A stretch of DNA of 64,000 nucleotides from Octopus sinensis (Eukaryota). Below are positions 56,201 through 64,000 of this stretch, piece by piece. The translations under genes and the position numbers were made by a program. The notes under the pieces are model-generated. The model did no database searches. It had not been told where the DNA came from and saw only the letters and a program-made list of their open reading frames with translations. The stretch lies in the NCBI RefSeq assembly GCF_006345805.1, contig NC_043024.1:3286001-3350000 (forward strand). Direction: 5' to 3'. How positions within the stretch are numbered: the stretch's first letter is position 1; the number at the start of each line of letters is the position of its first letter.

Positions 56201-59200
56201 TAGCCCCTGATTGAGGAGTCCCATGGTATGTAGCTAGTTGACACATTCTTTAGAACCGTTTTCCTAATTTCATTAGGTCTCCCCCGCTTCGCCCCAGTTT
56301 AGGACCATTGCTGCACACTTTAGCATGCATCATATAGGATGCAGTATGACAATGTGAACACCTTGCACTTGACCGTCCTGTGAATTCCTGCAAACCTATA
56401 GATCACAGTACTGGCTACAGAAGAGGTTTGCAAAACGAGCTGAGAGTGCAGTAATGTGTAAAGAAGTTCCCATCTCTAACTGTGGAAGGAACCTGTGGAA
56501 GTGGTCAACCCAGGAAAACGTAGGATGTTGAGTCTCACAGAAGTGATGACAAGTGATTTGAGACTTTTGGCGAGTTGCTGTGCTTTAGAAGACACATCAA
56601 GCTAAGTGAAATAGTTGTGGTCAGTGCTAGTGACATTTAAAGGGCACTTGTGTCGGAGGCATGAAAAGGCAGCTGACAAGCAAAAGAAAGAACACAAAAA
56701 CAAATGTAGTGTGCAAAAAAAGGAAACGGTGACAGTATGGACACATAAAGTGTATGGAGGAAGATAGTTGGGTAAAGAAGTGCTGGGCAATCTGAGTGTA
56801 AGGAACCCACAAGAAAGGAAGACCAAGGAAGACATGGGAAGAAATATGAAGACTGGTCTAAAGAAGGCAAGCCTTACAACTGAGATAACAAAAGACAAGT
56901 GACAGGATGGTGTCAGGGAGAAGCATGAAAAGAGGGAAGTAAAAATGATGAAATGTGCAATTTGAAGGAGATCTGGTCGAAATTTCTAGCAAGTCAAACA
57001 ACCATTTGGAACAGTGGTTCTTGACTATTTTTTTTTACATGTGGGCCCTTCTGATTACTATAGCTATTACAATAGCTATACCAATAGCTATTCGGTATTT
57101 AAAATCTTGTTTAACAGATGCTTCTTTCAAAATTTCTATTTTGTTTTTCACACATTCACTTGTATAGGTTTGCAACAGCACTCTCTAAGAAGACATGTCT
57201 CAGGAGATGGAAACATAAACTATATAAAACATCGACCTTTCAGTGTTTAAACTGGCCATATCTAGCTCAAATATTCCAACTGTTTTACGTTCAAACTGGC
57301 ATGATTCAGTCCTTTACACCTACTCTACAAAATCATGCTGAAAGCAAATAAGTGCACCATCAAAATTTCAAAGCTACAAGATATGCAGGATTACTTCGAA
57401 GCAATATGAAGAAATAAGTATTACATTTGACAGAGTAATCTGAACACTAAAGGGTTAAAGAACCCTAGCTGTTTCTTGCAATAAATACATGTAGAGCCAA
57501 TTTTTATTTCCATATACCCTTAAAATACTACTGAGGACCCAATTTATGATTTTGCTTACACAGACACCCAAAAACTTTATATGGATCTCAGGGGTCACAT
57601 GGACCCTGATTGAGGAACCACTGATGCAGAGGTTCCCTTGTTAGCACCAATAGTTGCTATTGTAGTCACACTAGGATTCTCAATTTTTTGAAGGGATAAA
57701 TGATTGACCCCGATACATCCATGTACAACAAGTAGTAGCAGCAGTAGTTACAGTGACTGTACTAAGATTTCCAATATTGAATTCAAATTTTGGCACAAGG
57801 CCAGCACATTTCGGGTAGGGGTTAAGTCGATTACATCAACCCAAATGCTCAACTGGTACTTGTTTTATTGATTCCCTAAAGCAGAGGTTCTCAAACTTTT
57901 TGGGCCACTGCCTTCCCCCTCATGGCCACATAATACCCTCAGTGCCCCCCACACCTATTTTTATGTATCAATATTTTACTAATTTATACACACTATGAAT
58001 CATTTGATATTTAATATATTATTATATAATTTACTCTTTACTTTTTACTTGTTTCAGCCACTTAACAGTGGCCATGCTGGAGCACCACCTTTAGTCGAGC
58101 AAATCGATCCCAGGACTTATTCTTTGTAAGCCTAGTACTTATTCTATCGGTCTCTTTTGCTGAACCACTAAGTTATGGGGACATAAACACCCAACATCGG
58201 TTGTCAGGCAATGGAGGGGCAACAAACACAGACACACAAACACACATGCGCGCGCACACACACACACACACGACGGGCTTCTTTCGGTTTCTGTCTACCA
58301 AATCCACTCACGATGCTTTGTTTGGCCCGAGGCTATAGAAAACACTTGCCCAAGGTGCCATGCAGTGGAACTGAACCCAGAACCATGTGGTTGGTAAGCA
58401 AGTTACCGCACAGCCACTCCTGTGCCTATGAAAGGATGAAGTCGACCTCAGCAGAATTTGAACTCGGAACGTAAAGACAGATGAAACACCGCTAAGCATT
58501 TTGCCCGACGTGCTAATGTTTCTGCCAGCTCACAATACTATAATAATATTATAATAAATTCATAGCATCCCCCAATTCACTGCCTTCCTTCAAATGCCTC
58601 CTTTTTCTCTACTGCTACCTTAGACACCAGCGCCCACCTGGACCGTCTCAATGCCCACTTTGAGAATCTATGCCCTAAAGGATGAAAGGTAAAGTCGACC
58701 TCAGAACGTACAGACAGATCAAATACCACCAAGCATTTCGCCCAGCATGCTAACAACTCTGCCAGCTCCCCGCCTTAAAGATTTCCAAAATTAAGAAGAG
58801 TTAACAGTCTCTACAAGACTCTCACCACTACCAACACCATTTATATCACACCTCCCTGCACCTATGTTCAAGCAGTGGTGTTGGTGGTAGAAGCAGCAGC
58901 AGCATCACCACCAGCAGCAGCAACATTTAGTAGTGACTGTAATTGCTCTAAAATTTCCAACACTATGAAGGGTTAAATGTCTACCCCTATCAGAACCATC
59001 ATACCTCCCTGCATTCATGTCCTAGCAGTGGTGGTGGTGGTGGTAGAAGTAGCAGCAAAAACATTTAGTAGTGATTATAATTATTCTAAAAATTCCAACA
59101 TTATGAAGGGTTAAATGTCTCTGCCCCCTTCTAGCACCATCACACCTCCCTGCACCCACGTAGTAGTAGTAGTAGTAATTTGTGGTTGTACTGTAAGATT

Positions 59201-60472
59201 TCAAATCTTAATGGAAGGAAATACCTGATAATTAACAGATAATATTCAAACTGATCCCCCCACCTCCCCCTTAACATAGAAACATTTGTTACATGCTTTA
59301 ATGTCCTCAGTTGTTTCATATTAGAGTAAAAAAAAAAAAGAAAGAAATAGAGTAAACAAGCAAAAAACAACAAAACAAACAACAGCAAACAGACACAAGT
59401 CTGCAGTCAGTGAATGAGACGAATCAGTTGAAAACATAAATGCTTGCAACAAAACAGGTGTGGCTGTGTGGTAAGAAGTTTGCTTTCCAACCACATGATT
59501 TCTGGTTCAGTTCCACTGCATGGCACCTTGGGCAAGTGTTTTCTACCATAGCTCCAAGCTGGTCGAAGCCTTGTGAGTGGATTTAGTTGAAGGAAACTGA
59601 AAGAAGCCTGTTGTATATATATATATTTTGTGTATGTTACTGAAAGAAGTCTGTTAAATATATATACAGGCACACCTCACCCTACATTGTTAATTGGTTC
59701 CAGGAGACACGACTTAAGTTGAATTAACTTGTCTCTAGGCTAGGCTAGGCCAAATTTACTTGTCTCCAGGCTAAACCAATAATAACCATTCCCAGTTCTG
59801 TACTTTATTTATGAATGCATTTTCAATAATACATGTTTAGTAAAAACCATGTGTGCTAAATTCTTGTCCTTATTATGTACAATCATCGATACATTTGTCC
59901 AACCCATCCCCAAAAATCATGCAACTGCAACCACTTCTTCACCTTTTGCATGGCGTTTTATCATATCCAGTCCAGTGTTATAGCATGATTCTTAGCAGCT
60001 TCACTATGAATTTTCTTAGGATCCATGGGGACAAAAAAAAAGTTACAAATGAATGAGAATAAGAAAGTAGCCGATAAACAGACGTACACAAATCTGAATT
60101 CAAAATAATCGCAGGAATCATGAGTGACAATGACAGTGCAATATGAGCTCCAAAAAGACTGATAAGACAACTCAGCTGATTTCAGGATTTCGTTCACTAA
60201 GCTACATTACTTTATGGTGTGTATCTTAACATTTACTGTACATATTTTAATATGATTTTATACGCTTTTATTCTTATTTATTGTACAGTAATAGGATTTT
60301 ATGCGCTTTTAACGGTTTTCTAGTGATTTTACAATTCTAATATTTGTAGTGGACAGATGTAAAGTTGAGTAAAATGGCTTAACTTGATTTTTTTAATTTT
60401 CCATATATTATTTTTAAAAACCAACATATAATCAAGAACAACAAATTGAGATGACTTAAGTTGAGGTATACC

Positions 60473-60521
<49 letters not shown>

Positions 60522-61389
60522 TGTGTGTGTGCGTGTTACTGACACCCTGCTTTGACATTATATGCTAGTTGTCATTGTCATGCAAACAGTGTTTTTGTTT
60601 CCTATCATGGGGAAATATTACTTGTTGCTGGAAGATTAGCAATAGGAAGGGCCTCTGGCCATAGAAAATCTACCGCAATAAAAAATTCCATCCAACCCAA
60701 GCAAGCATAGAAAAGTGAATGTTAAAATAATGAGGAGGAAGAGAAGGATGGGTGATACTTGAAACCAACAACCATTTGAGCAAATGCTGCAACTACAGAG
60801 AGTTGATTACACTGACCGACAGAGGGTGGTTGATGGAAGTTTATCGGACACCAAACAACCAGCCAAGAAAGCAGAAATTCAAATCTAATCAACACCACTG
60901 TTATGGCTTAATTCTTATGTAGCCCAGTCTAACCAGCTGTAAAGAGGCATCAGACAACCAACCAAGAAGACAATAGTTCAGAATAAGACATTCTCGCTAC
61001 TCTGTGACAGGAGCTAAGACAATTCTTGAACAGCCCAGTCTACCCAACTGTTAACAGGTACCAAATAACTATCTAAGCAGTGAAGAGTTCTGATCCAGTC
61101 ACTTGTGCTATATTGTGGTGGAGTCCTTAGCGCTGGATATTGCAAATTGATCCACAATAGGAATGAGAGAGAAAGAAAGAGAGAGAGAGTGTCAGACATG
61201 ACAAATCAATTATGTTGATTGTACGACAAAGGAAAGAAAGATAAAAAGAAACAAAACAATGGATCTTACCACTGCATGATATCCACTATGATCACTGGAT
61301 GATTCCCCACATCCAATATAGTTGCAGTTGCCAACAAGACACAACCAGAGATTGGGAGGCTGTGCATGACAAGTGTGACATTCTTGTGC
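2987..61389 (-). CDS. USP20/USP33: Ubiquitin carboxyl-terminal hydrolase 20/33 (whole coding span in window, 20 exons, 5'-incomplete)
   Basis: 20 AG/GT-bounded, phase-consistent exons (3471 nt) splice to ZnF-UBP, USP (GNSCYMN Cys box, GHY His box, FDD), two DUSP domains and a tail, collinear with recalled human USP20/USP33. Several motifs (WHKKRPSYVVP, [18 protein letters not shown]) are closer to USP20. Confidence 0.96.
4078..4535 (+). mobile_element. pogo/Tigger-like DNA transposon or MITE remnant (right end cut by a SINE)
   Basis: TA then CCATAAATCTTCGAGTATAG...GAGTATAATACGCA, a pogo-type terminal motif; TATAATAC repeated internally. Confidence 0.4.
5590..7224 (+). mobile_element. 5'-truncated Penelope-like retroelement (RT C-terminus/thumb plus GIY-YIG endonuclease, Naiad-like), degraded
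   Basis: [23 protein letters not shown], then IPY...KHF...IIN..TIRIGYS, CNC...ECL..GVVY...MYNGAT...NYH..TF...[11 protein letters not shown]...CSLC..E; contains one frameshift and in-frame stops. Confidence 0.85.
8162..8826 (-). mobile_element. RTE-type LINE 3' tail with (GAT)n end and an internal ~130-bp tandem duplication (8341-8602)
   Basis: Inverted homolog of 18175-18962; catcatcatc tail. Confidence 0.7.
10303..10429 (+). ncRNA. Type I minimal hammerhead ribozyme (Penelope pLTR type) with a long stem II
   Basis: atct-CTGAAGA-GGCCTTG...CAAGGCT-GAAAC-AGCT-GTA-agat; stem II extends via ggatat/atatct and gtgtctcatt/aatgagatac. Confidence 0.8.
10928..11030 (-). CDS. USP20/USP33: USP20/33 exon S: DUSP2 start ([34 protein letters not shown])
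   Basis: ctaattaccag / gtaagt, 103 nt, phase 0-1. Confidence 0.94.
11208..11930 (+). mobile_element. Internally deleted mariner element interrupted by a SINE
   Basis: TA-CAAGGTGCTATCAAAAAG terminus; transposase remnants [17 protein letters not shown] and [16 protein letters not shown], then a VHQEFVP fragment. Confidence 0.75.
11437..11632 (+). mobile_element. SINE family B copy
   Basis: gcgaaatgcttagcggtatt...gttcaaattctgccgaggtcga...aataaagaaata; more than 20 related copies in the window. Confidence 0.8.
11965..12410 (-). mobile_element. Two tandem SINE family B copies
   Basis: Reverse complement of the family B consensus, present twice. Confidence 0.8.
12466..12574 (-). CDS. USP20/USP33: USP20/33 exon R ([36 protein letters not shown])
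   Basis: ttctcatttcag / gtaaat, 109 nt, phase 2-0. Confidence 0.94.
12821..12902 (-). CDS. USP20/USP33: USP20/33 exon Q ([26 protein letters not shown])
   Basis: ttttaattggtag / gtatgt, 82 nt, phase 1-2. Confidence 0.93.
13285..13510 (+). mobile_element. tRNA-headed short element containing a hammerhead ribozyme
   Basis: A box TAGTGGTTAAG (13292), B box GTTCAATTCC (13332), then cac-CTGATGA-A-GGCT..AGCC-GAAAC-GTT-gtg (13415-13456); degenerate relative at 38302-38368. Confidence 0.65.
13862..14238 (+). mobile_element. SINE family C (tRNA-Arg-like head)
   Basis: ggcgcaatggcccagtggttagggcagcagactcgcagtc...; full or partial copies at 27096-27452 (+) and 51410-51642 (-). Confidence 0.8.
14586..14905. 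mobile_element. hAT-like MITE
   Basis: TIRs CAGGGATTCTCAACC / GGTTGAGGATCACTG; related copy at 57012-57623; 8-bp TSD not preserved. Confidence 0.6.
15594..15780. mobile_element. piggyBac-like (TTAA) MITE
   Basis: CCCTTTAAGCATT ... AATGCTAAAGGG-TTAA; other copies at 31169-31387, ~46610-46810, ~47021-47240 and 57236-57454. Confidence 0.7.
16166..16271 (-). CDS. USP20/USP33: USP20/33 exon P: DUSP1 ([35 protein letters not shown])
   Basis: tatcatttcag / gtcagt, 106 nt, phase 0-1. Confidence 0.96.
16571..21495 (+). mobile_element. Helitron-like non-autonomous elements with a head-to-tail junction at 19642/19643 and internal repeats
   Basis: 5' ACTAGCTTAAGGTGACCCAC...GCGGGT hairpin (19643; variant at 16571); 3' cagacaaacttttcgcatttcagaattatatag (19642, 21495); a ~115-bp block recurs at 19447, 20463 and 21297. 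Confidence 0.5.
18175..18962 (+). mobile_element. RTE-type LINE 3' end
   Basis: Encodes [39 protein letters not shown]; ends in (GAT)n. Degraded relatives near 24330, 29250, 30440, 32030, 36190, 44340, 46080, 56440 and 62240. Confidence 0.8.
21912..24034 (-). mobile_element. Penelope-like retroelement fragment (GIY-YIG, Naiad-like) with inverted terminal segments and a degenerate 5' hammerhead
   Basis: IDRHFP...[16 protein letters not shown]...[55 protein letters not shown]; 21912-22100 is the inverse of 23728-23920. Confidence 0.88.
25180..25217 (+). ncRNA. Hammerhead-like motif with a non-canonical CUGUUGA core (family copies at 21618-21655 and 53112-53149, both minus)
   Basis: tcttt-CTGTTGA-A-GAGC-gtag-GCTC-GAAAC-GTT-aaaga: stems I and II pair fully. 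Confidence 0.55.
26028..26091 (-). CDS. USP20/USP33: USP20/33 exon O ([21 protein letters not shown])
   Basis: ttcccttcaaccag / gtaagt, 64 nt, phase 2-0; positional equivalent of [22 protein letters not shown]. Confidence 0.88.
27529..27743. mobile_element. mariner-type MITE
   Basis: TA-CAAGGGGTGTTGAAAAGTTCCTTGCTTT ... AAAGCCAGGAACTTTTCAGGACCCCTC inverted termini. Confidence 0.75.
28203..28329 (-). CDS. USP20/USP33: USP20/33 exon N: His box and Asp ([26 protein letters not shown]...AYVLFY)
   Basis: ctctctgccag / gtgagt, 127 nt, phase 1-2. Confidence 0.96.
28480..28930. repeat. Purine-rich ~40-bp minisatellite (gatggataggtgagtggaaagagagacaggcaggtggaga)
   Basis: Several direct, diverged units visible. 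Confidence 0.8.
29062..29127 (-). CDS. USP20/USP33: USP20/33 exon M ([21 protein letters not shown])
   Basis: gcctttccag / gtaaga, 66 nt, phase 1-1. Confidence 0.94.
30011..30395 (-). mobile_element. SINE family A (tRNA-like head, internal (GT/TA)n, tail ...gctccagcatggcc..cagtc), near full length
   Basis: Copies also at 5365, 24880-25490, 34375, 39900, 41110, 45480, 53228-53610 (+), 54036-54368 (-), 55240, 58041-58425 (-), 59450 and 63860. Confidence 0.85.
30974..31085 (-). CDS. USP20/USP33: USP20/33 exon L ([37 protein letters not shown])
   Basis: ctctttcttcag / gtaagt, 112 nt, phase 0-1. Confidence 0.96.
33060..33780. mobile_element. Degraded RTE LINE fragment with an inverted 5' half
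   Basis: Plus half encodes [11 protein letters not shown]...[11 protein letters not shown]...AMERFML; minus half encodes HIQNEL...FYWAGH...KRPLGRP. Confidence 0.6.
33889..33934 (-). CDS. USP20/USP33: USP20/33 exon K ([15 protein letters not shown])
   Basis: ttttttatctcag / gtatgc, 46 nt, phase 2-0. Confidence 0.92.
34600..35390. repeat. Compound (GA)n-GC-AA-(GT)n minisatellite, ~20-22 bp unit, inside a family A SINE
   Basis: Many tandem units of gagagagcgcaagtgtgtgtgt; SINE head at 34375 and tail at 35580-35750. Confidence 0.9.
37637..37741 (-). CDS. USP20/USP33: USP20/33 exon J ([34 protein letters not shown])
   Basis: aatttaccag / gtatgt, 105 nt, phase 2-2. Confidence 0.95.
38422..38582 (-). 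CDS. USP20/USP33: USP20/33 exon I ([21 protein letters not shown]...[11 protein letters not shown])
   Basis: poly-T gcctcag / gtaagt, 161 nt, phase 0-2. Confidence 0.95.
40256..40344 (-). CDS. USP20/USP33: USP20/33 exon H ([29 protein letters not shown])
   Basis: gttctctttccag / gtaagt, 89 nt, phase 1-0. Confidence 0.95.
41551..42307 (-). CDS. USP20/USP33: USP20/33 exon G: [18 protein letters not shown] plus a long Ser/Thr/acidic insertion in the USP domain
   Basis: ctgtttgaaag / gtaagt, 757 nt open frame, phase 0-1. Confidence 0.94.
43224..43302 (-). CDS. USP20/USP33: USP20/33 exon F ([26 protein letters not shown])
   Basis: tgtctgttgcag / gttagt, 79 nt, phase 2-0. Confidence 0.94.
45871..45984 (-). 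CDS. USP20/USP33: USP20/33 exon E ([38 protein letters not shown])
   Basis: ttcattctgcag / gtaggt, 114 nt, phase 2-2. Confidence 0.95.
48683..48752 (-). CDS. USP20/USP33: USP20/33 exon D: catalytic Cys box ([24 protein letters not shown])
   Basis: gttatcag / gtaaga, 70 nt, phase 1-2. Confidence 0.96.
48790..49575 (-). mobile_element. maT (DD37D) Tc1/mariner transposon remnant, internally deleted
   Basis: QQDSAPCH...[17 protein letters not shown] with 37 residues between the two aspartates; continues in another frame as [19 protein letters not shown]; terminus CAGGATGTG with TA at 49576. Confidence 0.85.
49846..49973 (-). CDS. USP20/USP33: USP20/33 exon C: acidic linker (ILDRPYQ...[13 protein letters not shown])
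   Basis: aattcag / gtaact, 128 nt, phase 2-1; ends with KPRG like USP20 EDDDLKPRG. Confidence 0.88.
50111..50335 (+). mobile_element. Family B SINE with a 15-bp target-site duplication
   Basis: GGTATAAAAGATGGG at 50096-50110 and 50336-50350; inserted into an older repeat (relative at ~32760-32920). Confidence 0.85.
54929..55026 (-). CDS. USP20/USP33: USP20/33 exon B: ZnF-UBP end ([32 protein letters not shown])
   Basis: tttatatttag / gtaagt, 98 nt, phase 0-2; matches HYLTVNLTTLRVWCYAC. Confidence 0.93.
57012..57623. mobile_element. hAT-like MITE with a nested TTAA MITE (57236-57454)
   Basis: CAGTGGTTC ... GAACCACTG termini; internal element homologous to 15594-15780 in reverse. Confidence 0.65.
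58840..59200. repeat. Local ~150-bp tandem repeat (about 2.5 units)
   Basis: Recurring ca(c/t)acctccctgca...agtagtga..ttccaaca.tatgaagggttaaatgtct. Confidence 0.7.
59667..60474 (-). mobile_element. Tigger/pogo-like DNA transposon deletion derivative
   Basis: TA-CAGGCACACCTC ... GAGGTATACCTG termini; minus-strand remnant [34 protein letters not shown] (CENP-B-type HTH). Confidence 0.75.
61270..61389 (-). CDS. USP20/USP33: USP20/33 exon A: ZnF-UBP ([40 protein letters not shown])
   Basis: Acceptor ttttctttctctttcag, donor gtaaga, 120 nt, phase 0-0; matches CQDC..NLWACL..C.YVGCGE...DHS. Confidence 0.93.
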
Positions 61390-64000
61390 CTGAAAGAGAA
61401 AGAAAACATAGAAATATGAGTAATGAGAATAATAATAATAATGATTTCAAATTTTGGTACCAAGCCAACAAGTCCAGGGGAGGGGTTAAGTTGATTATAT
61501 TGACCCCAGTGCTCAAATGGTCCTTTTTTATTGACCCCAAAGGGATGAAAAGCAAAGCCAACCTCAGCAGAATTTGAATACAGAACATAAAGACAAAATG
61601 CTGCCAAGCATTTTGCCCAGCATGCTAATGATCCTGCCAGTGCATCACCATGTGCAGGTAACCAAGGTAACCAAAACTGCATGAACAGTACACAGAATAT
61701 GCACAGGAAGTGAACAGTGAATAAGTTGTTAAAAAAAATCAAAACAGGGGTGGAGGTATCAGGAAGCATGGAAGTTTTAAAGGACATAGAATACTGACAG
61801 CTAACAAGTGACAAACTGAGATATACATCAAAGATATATCTTTGATCTTCCTGTGCCTCAAGTCATTTCATATAACAGGAACCCTTTCAGAGGACAGGAT
61901 GACAGCAGATATGATCATTATTCTTGAATTAATTTTTTTATCAACATATGAAGCATACAAACTGAGCTGTTCAGTGGCTGGTTGGGCATGCAGATAGTAG
62001 CTACCAAATGCTGAGAGATCAAGTCTGTCTTTCAGCCTTTGGTACAGGAGAGTGGGGGCAGTTAGTGAAATTACCAAATGAGTCAATTTAATTGGTTATC
62101 CTCCTCCATATTTCTTTGTAGTTGGTGTCTATATATCAATGTTCTTGGAAACAGCATGAAAACCATCCACTTATCCATTCTTTCACCTATCCTTGAAGGC
62201 TAACAAATTTGAGGATCTTGGAAAATAGGGGGAGGAGCTCATCATCATCACCACCATTTAACATATGTTTTCCATACTGGCATGGTTGGACAGTTCAACA
62301 GGAGCCAGCCAACCAGAGAGTTGTATCATGCTCCAATATCTGCTTCGACACAGTTTCTGTGGCTGGATGCCCTTCCAAATGCTAAACACACTACAGTGTG
62401 TACCAGATGGTTTTTACTTGGCAGTGGCATCCATGTGGTTATCAGGTAACTCACAAGACAAAAACCCATAAATGGGGTGGGGATGGGGAGTAGCCTTGGG
62501 AAAGCTGGCTTTATGCCATGTGTTGAGGGGCTAAGACATGATCGAAGAACAGAAAGCAGTATCTTGCTGCAGCAGAGATGCATGGATGGTGGTGAAGATG
62601 TGTCAGGCATACCCTCAATTTACAGGAGGGTGGATATAAAAGAAGTGTAACAGAGGACTGGACTGGGTAAATGAGTAGGTAAGTTCATAAGAGTATGGAA
62701 GGAGAGTGACAGATGGACAGAGATGAGGATAGAGGAGGATGCAGTGCGGGGTGAACATGGGTGGTTGTGCGATCAATTGTGAATATCAAATGGAGGAGAT
62801 ATAATAAGTGTTTAATTTAGAATGACTTGTAACTAAACAATAGGTAACAGTTTATCTTTTACTTGTTTCAATCACGCCAGGACACTGACTTGAAAGGCCC
62901 AGTCAAACTGACCCCAGTAGCCATATTCCAAAGCCTGGTACCCATTCAATCAGTCTCCTCCACCAAACAAACCTACACCGGCTGTCAAATGGTGGAAGGG
63001 GACACATACACACATAAGAGGAAGAGTGAGTCAAGGAGGTAACAGATGTTAGGGAGATAATAAATAATGTGAAGTATGTGGAGGAGTGAGGTGGAAGAGA
63101 GATGCCCAGTGCCAGGAATGAAGTTAGAGGAGATAGAAAACACTAGTTTTTTTATTTACATTTTTCTAACCTTTCAGCTTTGAAAATTTGAAAGACCCCG
63201 CCCAAAAAAAAAACAATGTGTCACCAAGTCAAAAAGATTGTGAATTGCTCTATGTGGGTAACATCACCTTGAAGGTGTAACACATGAATCTTTTCTAAAC
63301 CCCACCTTACTGCTTTATAAAAGGACATGGAGGCTTTGGAACACTGTGTCCCTGAGGAGGTGGGGAGAAACAGACAGGGTATTCAAAGCTGACCCAGGAC
63401 TCAACAGAAAAAAAAAGAAAGAAACCCACAGAAAACATAACAAAAGCCTGAAGATGATGAAGCAGTATATATATTCCATAACTTCATCAAGTTGTTTACT
63501 CATTAAGAGACCTCTCACTGAATAAATTATTGATTCAACTTCAGCTATTTACTCACAAAGAGTACATTTAAATAACATCGCCTGGAATAAATAAGTTTGT
63601 TTGACAGGTCATTGTTCTATTGTAAAAGCTGTGTCAATGAATAATAGATTTAGGTCATTGCTGCCAACACAGCTAAATGATAGAACTTCAACCAACAAGG
63701 GAACTAAGTCACAACATCACAGCTTTTCAAATGAGGATATCTATGTGCACCAGAGACATTTTTAAAATACAACTTGGGGTTTTAGAAAATCCATGCTTGA
63801 TACCTTGAGTATCCTGTAAAAGATGTTATTTATAATTACATGTGATTAAAAAAAGTAGATATGGCCATGTAGGTAAGAAGCTCTTTTCTCAGTCACATGG
63901 GTTCAGGTTCAATCCTACCACATGGTACTTTGGGCAAGTGCCTTTTTTTTGTGTGACACTAGGATGAGCAAGGTCTTATAAACGAATATGGTAGACAGAG

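Noticed and set aside
63311-63399. Possible upstream USP20/33 exon (AG...GCA|GTAAGG) that would give a start MSFYKA in frame with exon A
   Set aside because: It would omit the conserved CPH zinc ligands and has no homology support; the true first exon is more likely beyond the window
63690-63760. Minus-strand RYPHLKSCDVVT resembling the USP33 N-terminal CPHL motif
   Set aside because: Tyr replaces Cys, a stop follows immediately, and there is no suitable donor site

Overview
AT-rich, microsatellite-laden animal genomic DNA. The repeat families resemble those of octopus/coleoid cephalopods (inference from recalled family sequences, not a database match). The window is dominated by one minus-strand gene, the USP20/USP33-type deubiquitinase. 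I traced 20 coding exons between 2987 and 61389; all have canonical AG/GT ends and consistent phases, totalling 3471 nt (1156 aa plus stop). The protein has a ZnF-UBP domain, a USP domain with intact Cys/His/Asp motifs, two DUSP domains, and a ~257-aa homopolymer-rich C-terminal tail. The first coding exon was not found and probably lies beyond the window. The introns hold three tRNA-type SINE families, RTE-LINE 3' tails, two Penelope-like GIY-YIG retroelements, mariner, maT (DD37D) and Tigger remnants, several MITEs and a Helitron-like tandem array. The most interesting non-coding signal is a set of six hammerhead-ribozyme-like motifs from several element families, including a tRNA-headed SINE carrying a hammerhead and an interspersed family with a CUGUUGA (A6U) core. 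The copies antisense to the gene are intact, while those in the pre-mRNA sense are core-mutated. There are also two long intronic fold-back hairpins and two possible terminal exons of a convergent plus-strand gene at the left edge. TE and SINE boundaries are approximate; exon boundaries were counted base by base.
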